A DNA stretch of 64,000 nt, from positions 12,400,001 to 12,464,000 of the forward strand of contig JBHGNT010000016.1 in NCBI GenBank assembly GCA_043228905.1. Direction: 5' to 3'. Source of the DNA: Azolla caroliniana. Taxonomy: Eukaryota > Plantae > Polypodiophyta. Made by a program: the position numbers and the translations under genes. The notes below the pieces were generated by a model, which had not been told where the DNA came from, ran no database searches, and was given only the letters and a program-made list of their open reading frames with translations. Below are positions 48,895 through 61,725 of the stretch, one piece after another; within the stretch, counting starts at the first letter, position 1; each line of letters starts with the position of its first letter.

Positions 48895-49920
48895 AATAGA
48901 TAGATAGATAGATTATATTATCGTCTTCGGAGGTCAAATATGACCTATGAGACCAAAAATATTACATTTCACATGATACGTGTGAAAGTGAGTAGTGACT
49001 CTCGATGTTCAAGAACTTTACCAATGAATGTTGCAATCGAGAGTGCACAGTGTGGTTGTGAGAGGAATTCATGCAAAGATTGGGGTCGGTCGAAGAGATG
49101 TGGAAAGCATGGTCGAATATGATCAAAGGCAGAGCATTGTATCAAAGTGTGATTCTCAGACTCGTGAACTTGTTTAGGGCAAAGTGTCCATAGCCAACCA
49201 CTCTCATCACTTGTGCCCCAATGCCATGTTTCACATCGCAATGCATGTGAGCTAAGTCTCATGGAAGCAGTGGTTCGAATGGTAGATAACGGTATGGGCT
49301 CTAACATGTATCGATGTGTACGATTTCCCCGTTCCGCAAAGAATATGGTTTTGTAGTTAGGTGTGCCATGTGTGGTATAATGTGTGAAGCGCGAGCCTCC
49401 ACATTTGTCCCATGTCATGATACATTGGCGTTGCAAAAAGGCCTCATTTACAGAGGAATCTAATGAAGCATCATGAAGCAAGTGTCTCGCATCCCATCTA
49501 CCAAACCATTTTTCTATATCTTGCATCCAACCGGAACACAACATTTTGCTTTTATGCGTCTTTTGGATCTTTTTGCTTGCTTCCCACGCAATTCTAGGAA
49601 GTCAATGTGAGGGAATTTTTTGAACCTTAAGCATGTATTCAACAACCCTTTCCATGGCCATGATCTCAATGGGAAGCGATCTCGTCTCAAGGAGGAGGGT
49701 GTAGGGCGTTTGTTTCTTAACTTGTAGAACCTTTGTAAGAAAATGTTTTTGGACATTTTCAAACTCTTTCCACATAGATTTAGGGATGCTACCGCCCCAT
49801 ACTTCCCCCCCATAGAGAAGAACCAATGTCACCAAAGTGTCGAAAAGATATTTCTTGAGGACCCAACACTTAATATCTCCAAGATTGCATGTGTTCTCAA
49901 ATGCATAGTATGCTCGCTTA
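48895..49920 (-). mobile_element. LINE 2, 5'-truncated, same clade as LINE 1
   Basis: LLYGGEVWG...FENVQKHFL (49602..49835); MRLSSHALRCET...ESENHTLIQC (48969..49544); (TCTA)n tail. Confidence 0.85.
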
Positions 49921-51698
49921 CCCGCCTCTAAGCGCCTCTAAGAGAGAGAGAGAGAGAGAGAGCAGAGATAGTGTTAGGCAAAGTCCCTAGCCCCTACCAG
50001 AAATTTTCCTGCTTCTTATGAACCTAACTGGAATGTAAAATGTTTAATCGGCCACTTTCCTACAAGTGATAATGTCAACCGGAACATGTTAAAAATTTTT
50101 AGCGCATGCCAAATCAAATAAAAAAAATTTAGCGCAATACAGAATCAAATCAATGAAAAAAATAAATAGCGCTTTCCTTTGCCTTTTGTATTTTGTTGCG
50201 GGGCATAATGATTTCCAATAATGTAGAGTGCGTTGGACTAGCATAATCTACAGATTCCATTTACGAGAAGGGAAACATATTTACACAATCCATGTATTGC
50301 AAAGAGAATAAGAAAATTAAATTACCGAGGATATATGGAAGATTATGCGGTAGTAAAGGATCAAGTTTCCACTATGGATCTTGAGAATATTATAATAGAG
50401 GGTACAATGAGCTTCTTCTTAATCTAGAGAGAGAGAGAGAGAGAGTTGTATGTGAGAGATGACCTCAAAGGAAGCTCCAAATTTATCAAGATAGGGAAAA
50501 TGTGATAACCAAATAACATGATTAGAGATCCCAACAATATAATGTAGAGAGTTTAAAGTGAGATGGTCATGCCAATAGTTCAGAAACAATGAAGCCATTG
50601 CTTTGACACATTGATGTGGAAATTTTAGTCAATGAGTAATATTTTGTGACCAAACAACCTATCTACGAGTACTAACTTGAGCTCTCTCTCCCCTGAGTTG
50701 ATAGAAGGTTAACAACATAGCAACAAAAACATAAAGAGGTTACTTCTGGAAGGGGGGACACAAGAAGGAAGATGATACGACAACAAAAAAGCCAGCACTC
50801 TGGTCTCTTTCAACACATATTCATAAACTCATTTGACAGTTACAACATTGTCGAAATTTGTATACATATAATGTAGGATGGATCTTATACAAGACAACAA
50901 CAATGTTTGCATACACAAAACATCATTTACAACAATTGTAGATATCATACATATTATTAGATCGCATTTAGAAACTCATCATTTGTGATTTGAATGTCAT
51001 TTCAACTCTTATGTAAAATTCTCAATGAGGGTAATGCCAGAATCGCCAATTACATAATACAATGGGATATGAAGGCTTTTTTTGACAGCCGTAAGATGAT
51101 TTTCCAGAATATTTCCCGAAAGGTGCACTTTAAGATGCATTAGTCTATGGTTGGCATACTTATGTATTTGATTGTTTTAAGAGAGCAAGCATGCTTATCC
51201 CAACTACGACCGCAACTCCAGCTACAACAAGTGTATGCGTTGATCACTAGTTTTGTTGTCTTTGTATATTTACTCCTAGTCCTCCATGTTAGAACTTGGT
51301 ATCACTTTGGGATTTGCGAGGAATACTTTTCTTTGCCACTCCTTGAGAGTAGTTTAAATGCAGCTTCAGAACCTGAACAATATTGTGTTCTAAGACACTA
51401 TTGAATGACTTTTTGAATAAAATAAACTTTGAATATTGCTAAAGCGTGAGCTACACCGAGAAATATATCTGAACATGGAATTCTTGTGACAGACAAACAA
51501 GTATATATTTTACACAGAACTAACCTAACATGATAAAAACCTCGAAGCTTTAAAATAATCAGCCTCTTTAATTTTAAGATAATTTAGGAAACAAACTGTC
51601 AATTGTCTTGGCCAAAAGGCATGACAAATAACTGAACTATGAATGGGCATAATACCTTGGCACCTGATGATCTTGTATAGGTTATGGCATTGGACTTT

Positions 51699-53730
51699 TG
51701 TTGAGATACAAGCTCAACATTGTTTGCGTAAACCAGTGCATAGACTAGGTGTGTAAACCGGGTGCGCAACGAGAGGCCGTAATGATGCGTAAACCGGGAG
51801 GCCGTTGAACAGATATTCTGTAGAGGAATATAATTTGGGAGTTAGTGTAGAGGCTCATTGATGACAATTGAAGTACGTGTCAGTACTTCTGTCAGTCCGT
51901 ATGGACTTGTATAAAAGTGCTCTCTGAGCACATACCATGTATAGAGTTTTTAGAGTATTGTTTCGGAATGGAGTTTTCTGTGGTCTGCTCTCTTTGTCTC
52001 TCCTGCGTACGTTGTGTTGATTAAGCTTTCCATTAAACCTTCCTCATCTTCTTTGTCTTTTGTCCGTTATTACCCGGTTGTGTCTATTAAGCTTCCGCAC
52101 GTATTCTTTTACATGGTATCAGAGCGCGAGGGTTGAGATCCTCTACTGCCGACAAACAGACAAACCCTGATCATGGTGAAAAAACAGAAGAAGAAAAGAA
52201 TGAACAGAGGAATGGCTGGCTAGCTTCCGATGGATAAGCTCAACAAAAGCAACTACATATCTTGGTTGTACAAGATGCACCAGTACCTGCTTGGGCATGG
52301 CTACTGGAGTTATGTCGATGGAGCTAATGAAGCAACACCCGAATCGACACACAAAGATTTCTCGGCCTAGGAACAGGTGGCAAGCAAAGTTCTCTACTCC
52401 TTTGCATCCTGTGTGAGCGATCAGCTTCTGAGCTACATTCAGGATGCGAAGACCCCGAAGGATGCTTGGGGAAATCTGAAAAAGATTTTCGTCGCGAGCA
52501 CCACAACTAGAAAGCTCCAACTCATGCAAGAGTTGAGCAATGTTCGACAACGAGATATGTTGGTGGTTGACTACACCTCTAAGATCAAGGATATTTGAGA
52601 CTCTCTCGCCTCCGTTGATGTAAATGTCGAGGACAAAATGGTGCATGTCTGCCTTGGAGGGTTACCGTCAAAGTTCAGAGCTTTCCGAACTACGGTCTGT
52701 ACGAGGCAGAGTACACAGTTGTTTTTCAACTTATAGTCAATGCTCCTAGTAGAGGAGAACCATGCGGGTGCGTCAACGAGTACGCACGCCGAAAAAAAGT
52801 TGTTGTACACGGAGGAAGATAGGCCCCATGGTCATGGCAGACGAGGCGAGTCGGCACGCAATGGAGGCGGCCAACAGGGGCAAGATGGAAGGCATGGTCG
52901 TAATGCCAACAGTAGTTCCGGGCCCTCCGAAAGCAGGGGGAGTCAAGGTGGCACCGAAAATCGGCAAGGAAAACCAGTCGCAAATAGTTGGTATTGTGGA
53001 AAGAAAGGCCACAAGGAGAGCGAGTGCTAGAGGAAACGCGTTGATTCGGAAAAAATCGCATCTGGATTCGGGTGGACCGAACAAGGAAATCGATAGCGAT
53101 CGCACTATGCTGAGGGCTCCGAATGAGCCAAAAATGGATTGGGCCCAGCCTTCGTAATGAAGCACAAGGCCAACTCGATGGTGGTGAACACCTTGAAACC
53201 GAACGAGGTGTGGTATGTTGACTCCGGAGCGTCAAATCATATGACGAGTCACGAGGAATGGTTCTCTTACTTGAAGAAACTGGAAAAACAAGAAGTGGTT
53301 GCAACTGGAGAAGACTCCGCATACCATCAAACATGTCGGAGAAGTTCCCCTCAACCACGTTGGGCAAAAAGGGAAACTCATGAACGTGCTAAACGCCCCG
53401 ACAATAACCAAGAACTTGGTGTCGGTCAGACTGATCGCTGGCCAAGGGATGCAAGTTCGATTCACGCATCTTGGTTGTTACATTGACGAAGAGGGGAAAT
53501 TCATTGCACAAGGGCATCGAGAAGGGAGGATGTTCATCCTCAACACCAATGAAATCAGAACCGCGTTGTTCGCGAAAGGACAGAAGGTCGAGTCCGGCAT
53601 CTACCTATGGCACAAGCGGTTCGGCCATGTTAACTCCCTGCAGCCTCGTGAAATGCAGACGAAGAACATTGTTTTAGGATTGCCGAAATTTAGTGGCCCG
53701 AACGGCCAAGTCTGCGAAGCCTGTCACATG
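51699..53730 (+). mobile_element. 3'-truncated Bryco-like Copia I (5' LTR, gag, protease, pre-integrase)
   Basis: LTR 51699-52113; perfect PBS TGGTATCAGAGC at 52114-52125; gag and WYVDSGASNHM homologous to G; breaks off at CEAC. Confidence 0.9.
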
Positions 53731-54532
53731 CAATAGAGAAGAGAGAAATTGAGAAGAGGTTGCATAGACACACAAGAAAAGAGAGGAAAAAGCAGGGGAA
53801 AAGATAGGGGGAAATAGAGGAAAAACACATTGAGAGAGGGAAAATTGTTTTTTTTAACATTTTTATTTTTTAAATGCATAAATAGCCGGTTACAAAAATA
53901 TGAACGGGCTCTGGATTCCGGTTTTTGGGAAATTCTAGCCGAAATCAGTTCCGGCTCTCTCCCACCTTGGCCGACAAAAGTCCCAACTCAAGTGGAACAC
54001 TGGCACTTTTCTTGGGACTTTGCCCGACATTGAGCAGAGATGAGGAAAGGAATATGTGAGATAAAGTGAGGAAAAAAAGGAGAGGAAAAAACTTGGAGGG
54101 AGCGTGGGAAAAGTGTAAAAGTAAGAGAGAGAAAAGGGATCGGGGATATAGGAAGAAGTGCCAACATAAGAGAGAGAAAGGAAAGAAGTTGAATAAAATT
54201 AGAAAGGGAATATGAGCGAGGAGTGGTACATCTAAAATAAGAAAATGATTAAGGAAGGAAGGATATGGTGAAAAGTGAGAAAAATATAGAAAGGGGAGAG
54301 AGAGGGTAAAGGAGTAAAAGAGATTGGGAAGGGATACAGTTTAAAATACGGGAGGAGTTTTAGGAAAACAAAGGGGTAGGGTAAAAAATTGGAAAAAGTG
54401 GGGGAAGGGCTAAACTAGAAAAAGGAAAAAGAAAAGAGGAAAATGAGGAAGGGAAAAGACAAAGAAAAAGAAAAGGAAGAAAAGAGAGGGAAATGTAAGG
54501 TGTAATAAGAAAAAAGAGGGAAATGCGGGAGG

Positions 54533-55141
54533 TAGCAATGGGCATGGTTTCGGCTCAAACCGAACCGAACCGTTAAGCCATGGTTTAACGGTTTATTTGT
54601 TCAAAAAAGATTTAATGGTTTGGTTTGGTTTGGATTCTCGATAAATGGTTCGGTTTCGGTTCGGTTCGGTTCTAAAACTCGGGTTTATAGGTATACAACT
54701 TTGGTTTAAAGGTTTATAGGTTTTGGTTAACTTTTTTTTTTTACCTTAATAGTTTATTGATGTAATGGTTTATTATTGATTTAATTAATTTAACTTAAAT
54801 GTTTATTTAATTTAATGGTTCAATTAAAGTTTCTTTTATTGAATTAATAAATTTAACTTAAATGCTTATTTAATTCAATGTATTTTTGTTTCTTTAGATG
54901 TTTAATTAGTTTGGCTTAAGTGGTTAGGTTTAAGTTTTTTATTAAATGGTTCGGTTTGGTTTCAACTTTTCCCTAAACGGTTTGGTTTAAACTTTTCCTT
55001 AAATGGTTTGGTTTAAATAATAAGAGTTCATAAACGGTTTGGTTTTGTTTTGCTTTAAATAAACGGTTTGGTTTTGTTTTGTTTTAAACAAACGGTTTGG
55101 TTTGGTTTCTTTATGTTGAAACCGAATCGTGCCCATTGCTA
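54533..55141. mobile_element. Non-autonomous hAT-type DNA transposon (MITE)
   Basis: TIRs TAGCAATGGGCA / TGCCCATTGCTA; perfect 8-bp TSD GCGGGAGG; subterminal AACCG/CGGTT repeats; AT-rich core. Confidence 0.92.
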
Positions 55142-55593
55142 GCGGGAGGGGTATAGAATGTTTTAGAAAAAGATGAGGATGGGTAAGGTAAAAAGTAGGG
55201 AAAACGTGGGGAAGGGTAGAGAAAAAAAACAAAACCAAAAAAAAAGAAAAGGAGAGGGGAATAAAAAACCTTCTAAAATAAAATAGAACAAGGGAGGGGT
55301 ACATTTGTAATAAGTAAAACCAAGGGGGAGGGGTATGGTGAAATTTGTTTTTTGAGGGCGAGCGTGGGTTGGAATGTAATAAGGAAAAAATGAAGGGGGA
55401 AGGGTATGCTGAAAATTAGTTTTTTTAGTAAAACGAACTGGAATGGTAATATACACATAAGATACACTTAATTTACACTTCTGTGCTTTTCCTCTTATGG
55501 TGAGTGGGGCCCTTCTCCCCATGTTGATTTTGTCGGTTTTGTCCTAATCACTTTCCCATCGCAGTGATTCGCCTCACTGAATGGGCTTGGGGG

Positions 55594-55877
55594 TGTCGGC
55601 CCCGCATATGGCTTGAGTCAAAAGCCATTGACTGTTAGAACAAAACAAGAGATTGAACGATTGAAGGAAGCTATAAGAGACTAGAAAAAGAGAGGAGAAT
55701 GGATTTATAAGAGAAGAGTGGATTTATTAGAATAGAATGAGTACAAGGATGAGTTGGATACAAGGTAGGCTTGGAGTTGAAGACTGGTGTTGATTCGAAT
55801 TGATTTGATATGATCTATTTGTCGCTATTTATAGGTTTCTATAGAATAGCTTAGAGATTTCTAGAATGTTCTAGAAT
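55594..55877 (-). repeat. LTR-like fragment cut by Copia J
   Basis: Minus-strand CTATAAATAG preceded by GAACATTCTAGAA as in the F LTR; TGTCGG is a candidate end. Confidence 0.4.
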
Positions 55878-58227
55878 TGTTGAGCAGCAAGCTCAACCGG
55901 ATCCAGATCGGTTGAATAAGCTTGAGCCGGATCTATGAGCCGGTGAGCTGGGGAGTCGGTTAGTCGGATCCATCAGTAGCCGGAAGCCTAGTAGCAGCAT
56001 GGACTACTAGGTAGTTAATGTCTTGTAGTTAGTGTCAGACGCTCATGTGAGCATTGAAGTACACCGTACTTCTGTCAGTCCGTATGGAATTGTATAAAAG
56101 TGTTCACTGAACACATACAATGTACAGAGTATTACAGATTGAGTATTATTTTGAATTAAGTTATTGTGTGTTCTCTCTCTGTCTCTCCCGCATACTGTGC
56201 ATACTCAAGCTCTCCATTAAACCTGCGTATTTTCTGTATTCAGTTTTCTACTTCCTTTCACACGCTATTCTTTACATGGTATTAGAGCGGGAGGGTTGAG
56301 AATCTCTGCAACCGACATAGCTTGAAAGGAATACCAACCAGTATGAACAGGAAGAGAAGTAATGGATAGAGGAATGGCTAGCTCGCTCCCGGTGGAGAAG
56401 CTTGATACATCCAACTACACATCTTGGTCATACAAAATGCACCAGTACCTGCTTGGCATGGTTACTGGAGCTATGTCGACAGAGCTAACGACACAACACC
56501 TAATGCGGCACACAAGGACTTCCCAGTGTGGGAACAAGCGACAAGCAGAGTGATGTACTACTTCGTGTCTAGTGTCGGAGACTAGCTGCTAAGCCATATC
56601 CGAGATGCCAAGACGCCAAAAGAAGCTTGGGGAAACCTGAAGAAGGTTTTCGCCGCAAGCACAACGACCAGGCAGCTGCTGCACCTCAAGCAGGAGCTCA
56701 GCAATGTCTGGTAGAAAAATCTATCTGTGGCCGATTACACGGCCCGAATCAAGGAAATCTGTGACTCACTCGCCTCTGTCAATGTGAACGTCGAGGAGGA
56801 TGAGATGGTGCAAGTGTGCCTTGGTGGGCTAACATCCAGGTTCGCAGCTTTTTGAATGCTGGTATGTACAAGGGATAATACACCGTCATTTTTTGACTTA
56901 TAGTCGATGCTCCTTGTAGAGGAGAACCACGCCGGTACATCAATGTAGAAACAAATAGCGTGCGGAAGCAATAGAAAATAGAAAATAGAGAACAGGTTTA
57001 ATGGAGAGCTTAACTGTACGCGAGAGAGACAGAGAGAGAGCACACAGAAACTTAATTAAAAAAAAATACTACTCAGTCTGTACATCGTATGTGTTCAGTG
57101 AACACTTTTTTACAAGTCCATCCGGACTGACAAAAGTACGGTGTACTTCAATGCTCACACGAACGTCTAACACTAACTACGAGATATTAACTCCCTAGTA
57201 AACTAGTTGTTACTTGTCCTCCGGTTACTGCTTGATCCAGCTAACCGGCTCCACAGCTCACCAGCTCACTTACTCACTAGCTCACCGATCCGGCTCATCG
57301 TTCTAGATGTCGATCCGGCTCAGGCTTATTTAGCCGATCCGAACCAGAAGCTCCGCCCTGACTGCGGACCGGCTTGTGATGAGAAGCGGTTCTGACAAAT
57401 CGTCAGAAGCCTTATATATTTGACAATCACCCGACCCGACATCAGCTATCCCATCAGCGTGATCATTTAATATATGCAGAAGTCGACTGTGGAGCACCTT
57501 CTGTGTGCACATCGAATCTTGCGATATGTGAGCGGCACGAAGGACCGGGGATTGTTATACCGGCATGGTATAACCGAAGAGCTAATCGGCTACACCGATG
57601 CTGACTGGGCCGACGATGCATCAAATCGTCGATCCACTTCCGGCTATTTGTTTTCCCTTGGTAGCGTGGTTGTTGCGTGGAGCAGCAAAAAGCAACCAAC
57701 AGTGGCTCTGTCGAGCACTAAGGCTGAATACCGGGGCGCTACCGTTGCCACCTGTGAAGCCATTTGGCTTCGGCGACTGCTACAAGACCTGCGGATCGAG
57801 GTGTTGACCCAATCCTGATCTACTGTGACAACGTCAGTAGCATGTAGCTCACCAAGAACCCCGTATTCCATGCTCGCACAAAGCACGTAGAAGTGCACTA
57901 CCACATCGTGCGTGAGCATGTCCTTAGCGGTGAAGTCAAACTTCGGTATGTTCATACGGATCGGCAAGTTGCAGACATCTTCACCAAACCACTAGGATCG
58001 GACAAGTTGTAGCACTTCACGGAAATGCTTGGTGTTCAGCATCTCGATGTGCCACACTTGAGGGGGAGACCGGGGCAAGACACCGGAATGAGCAAAGGCA
58101 AAGAGTTTGTCGATTGCGCCAGTGAGGGAAGAACCGACAAGGGGAAAGACAAGAAGAAGAAAGGAGTCGAGTCGATAGAGGAAGTTGACACATTCGAACA
58201 AGTTGGAACAAGCGGCAGCGGAGTCGT
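55878..58227 (+). mobile_element. Rearranged Bryco-like Copia J
   Basis: 5' LTR 55878-56276; PBS at 56277-56288; gag 56362-56943; RT end and RNase H at 57341-58070 nearly identical to G; 3' LTR absent. Confidence 0.9.
56944..57340 (-). repeat. Inverted same-family LTR inside J
   Basis: Reverse complement of the G/J LTR lacking its first ~25 bp. Confidence 0.92.
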
Positions 58228-58534
58228 GTGAATCTTCACACACTATGTAAAAAAATAATGAAATAATTATTATAGATTAGATTAGTAGTTTACTATAGAA
58301 AGATGGATATACTCAAGAGCTTCAAAACGTATTTTAATATATACAAAATGGAGAAATACATATCAAGTTATGTGAAAATGAAGTTTGAGAAGATAGAGAA
58401 ATTAGAACTATCCCACATAGATAGGAAACTTAACGCCCTTGCTATATATCCACCTTCAGCTCCCTCAATTTCATTTGTGTTAAGAGCACTTTTGCCACTT
58501 TGTCTTGATGGATGATGGTGGCCAAGTTACCAAA

Positions 58535-58830
58535 ATCTGGAAACCGATCCGTAAGCAAATTTGGAAACCGGCCGGTAAGCAAAACCGGAATCCGGAAACT
58601 GGCTGGTAAGCAAATTCGGAAACCTGCCGGTATGCAAAACCGGAAACCAGCCCGATATGCAAAACCAGAAACCGGAAACTGGTTGGTAAGCAAAATCGGA
58701 ACCGGAACCGGCAAGCAAACCTGTACCGGACCAGTGGGCAATCAAACCGGAACCGACGACAAGCAAAATCGGAACTAGCAAGCAAACCGGAACCGGCCGA
58801 CAAGCAAAATGGAACCGGCCGACGAGGGAT
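58535..58830. repeat. Degenerate CCGG-rich tandem repeat (~21-27-bp units)
   Basis: Reiterated aagcaaa(a)ccggaaccgg(c/t) units. Confidence 0.8.
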
Positions 58831-59944
58831 TTAGCGATCGGGCGGAACTTGCTACCGGACGAGGTTGGACGCGAACAGACGGAAGATTGGATCATGCAAC
58901 AAACTAAAGTAAACTGAAGAGAACTAAAGTAAAGGCCATGTGGATGCAAGCAACTAAAGTTGGAGTGCATGCAAAAAGTAAAGGTGATGTGGAAGGTGTG
59001 CAACAAAAAGGTGGAGATCATGCAACAAACTAAAAACACCGGGACATTTGAAACAGGTAATATGTTGCATTTTGAGAACTGTCCATCAAAAAATGACACA
59101 AATTAGGGTAATTCACAAAAAGGGGTGCCGCATGCGTAAAGGAATTTTAAAAATGACCCAAAGATATATTGATTTTTAACATGTACGGAAATTTAGGTGT
59201 TCAAAAAAATGCCTAAATAATGGACATGCCAAACTTACAAATGAATGTCCAAAATGACTAACCCCAATATTTATAGAAATTTTGAATCCAAATCTTGATG
59301 TGCAATACAATATTTATAGTTAACGTATCAGGACAATCATTTTTCAAGTTTATGTCATCATCTTCATACCCATTAGATGAACTAGTATGAGTTTATGAGG
59401 TCTCATCCTCATCATCAATGGCAACTAATGCATTGTGTTGATCCAATTGCAATCCAACTTCATCGAGTTTATGAGTCATGCTTCTTGTTTGTCTTTGTGT
59501 TGTGTCTGAAGCCACATTCCAGATCCTCTTTTAGTATCTTCATTGTGGTCTGTCACAAATAACTTGTTTTGGTCAAAGATAAGTCATACACTAATATATA
59601 AACATTATCCAATGTAAGAGTAGATGTGCTTGATGCATCTTTCCTCCTCACTTTTTGGTTATGATATTTCATTATGTACTTTCCATTTACAAGAGTACAT
59701 TATGTGAGAGAAGCTTTCTACCAAAATCATTAGAATCTAAAAAATGTCTTAAAGATGTTTTCCATTTTTCTTAGATTCTCATAGTAAGCCTTTGATGTCG
59801 TACAGAAATCCGATTCATTCCATCTAGATTTGACGCAACATGTCGAATTTTACTCTATACATCTAGAATTGGATATAATGCATTAGATTCCTGTAAGTCT
59901 TGGAATTTTTTTAAAAATTTCCATTAAAAAAATACTCTTGCATT

Positions 59945-61725
59945 TTAATGCATTGCATTGAATTCTAGCTACATAGACTAAAATATCATACATTGCATGG
60001 ATTTCCCGAAAATACATAAATAAATACAAATTGAAAAAATAAAACATTTTCCCATAAATAAATAAATAAACATTTTTTATTTTACTCGTAAATAAATAAA
60101 TAAAAATTGAAAAATTAGATTTCAATGGAAATCCAATTCCGTGCATCGGATTCAATTGAAAATCCAATTTCTCTTACTTCTTTGAAAATTTTCTTATTTT
60201 TTGAATTGTTTTTGAATTTGTTTTTATTTTTCCCATAAAAAAATAAATAAAAATTGAAAAAATGGATTTTCAACGGAAATCCGATGCATTGCATCGGATT
60301 TTGGTTGAAAGTCCACTTTTACGTATTTTTTTCCGAATTTGCTTTTGTTTTTGAATTTTTTTGAATTTTTTCTATAAAAAATAAATAAATATTGAAAAAA
60401 TAGATTTTCAATGGAAATCCGATGCACTACATCGGATTTCCATAGAAAATCCACTTTTTCTTATTTTTTTCCAAATTTTCATAGTTTTTAGAATTTTTTT
60501 GGTATTTTGTTTGTCTATTTTCTCATAAATAACTATATAGAAATTGAAAAAATGAATTTTCAAAGGAAATCCAATGCATTGCATCGGATTTCTATTGAAA
60601 GTCCACTTTTTGCTATTTGTTACCAAATTTTCATATTTTAAAATATTTTTTTGTATTTTTAAATTTTTTTTCATTTTTTCCCATAAATAAATAAATTAAA
60701 ATTGCAAAAAATGGGTTTCAACAAAAATCCGATGCACTACATTGGATTTCTATTGAAAATCCATTTTGTCTTATTTGTTTCCAATTTTTCAGATATTTTG
60801 AATTTGTTTTTGTATCTGTTTTGAATTGTTTTTGTTTTTATCATAAATAAATATATAGGAATTGAAAAAAATGGATTTTCAACGGAAATCCGATGCACTG
60901 CATCGGATTTCCATTGAAAGTCCACTTTTTCTTGTTTGTTTACAAATTTTCTTATTTGTTTATATTTTTCTCTAAAAAAGTGTTAAAAATAAACAAATTG
61001 TGATTTTGTCCATTTAAAATGATGTGTTTTCAACGGGAATCCGATGCAGTGCATCGGATTCCCGTTGAAAACAGATCATTTTCAACAGGATTTTCAATGG
61101 AAATCCGATGCACTGCATCGGATTTCCGTTCAAAATCACTGAGTTTCAACAGAGAAAGTCCAATATTTTTCTTATGTTTTTTCATAAAACATTAATTTGC
61201 AATTGAAATCCGACTCAATGGTTCAGATTTTGTTGAAAATGTAATATTTTTTTATTATCTCATTGTTTTATGAAAAACCTAAAAGAAATTTGGATTTTTA
61301 ATTGAAATTCGATGTAGTGCATTAGATTTCAGTTGGAAATCCACTTTTTTAATATATTTTTATTTATTTTTTGAAAAAATGAAAAACAATTGAAAAGAAA
61401 GAGGATTGCCAGCTAAAATCTGATGCAATGCATCAATGTCTAGCTGTATAGACTACAATCTGATGTAGTGTATCGGATTTCAGTTGAAATAAATAAATAA
61501 CATTGGAAAAAGAAAAAAGAAAAAAGGATTTTCGACTCTAATCCAACGCATTGCATTAGATTCTAGCTATATATACTAAAATATAATGTAGTGCATAGTA
61601 TTTTAGTTGAAAATCCATTTTTTATTTTTTAATGGAAAAAATTTTAAAAATTACAAAACAAAAAAAAACTTGGATTTTCAACTGAAATCTAGTGCATCGC
61701 ATTGGATTCCAATTAAAAATCCAAG
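59945..61725. repeat. Array of ~53-bp palindromes with AT-rich spacers
   Basis: Consensus TGGATTTTCAACGGAAATCCGATGCAnTGCATCGGATTTCCGTTGAAAATCCA, about 14 or more copies. Confidence 0.9.

Noticed and set aside
50900-51698. Possible host-gene exons on the minus strand
   Set aside because: Splice-like signals are present but the frames contain stops and no protein is recognisable.
53722-54029. TGTCA...CGACA candidate LTR at the break of element I
   Set aside because: No partner LTR, TSD, PBS or PPT could be shown.
58527-59099. 190-aa ORF and overlapping ORFs
   Set aside because: By-products of the CCGG tandem repeat.
59640-59880. hAT dimerisation-like CERSF motif
   Set aside because: A five-residue match in a stop-interrupted frame is insufficient evidence.
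59945-61725. CRISPR-like repeat-spacer array
   Set aside because: Eukaryotic context, repeats too long and degenerate, spacers are related A/T tracts, and there are no cas genes.
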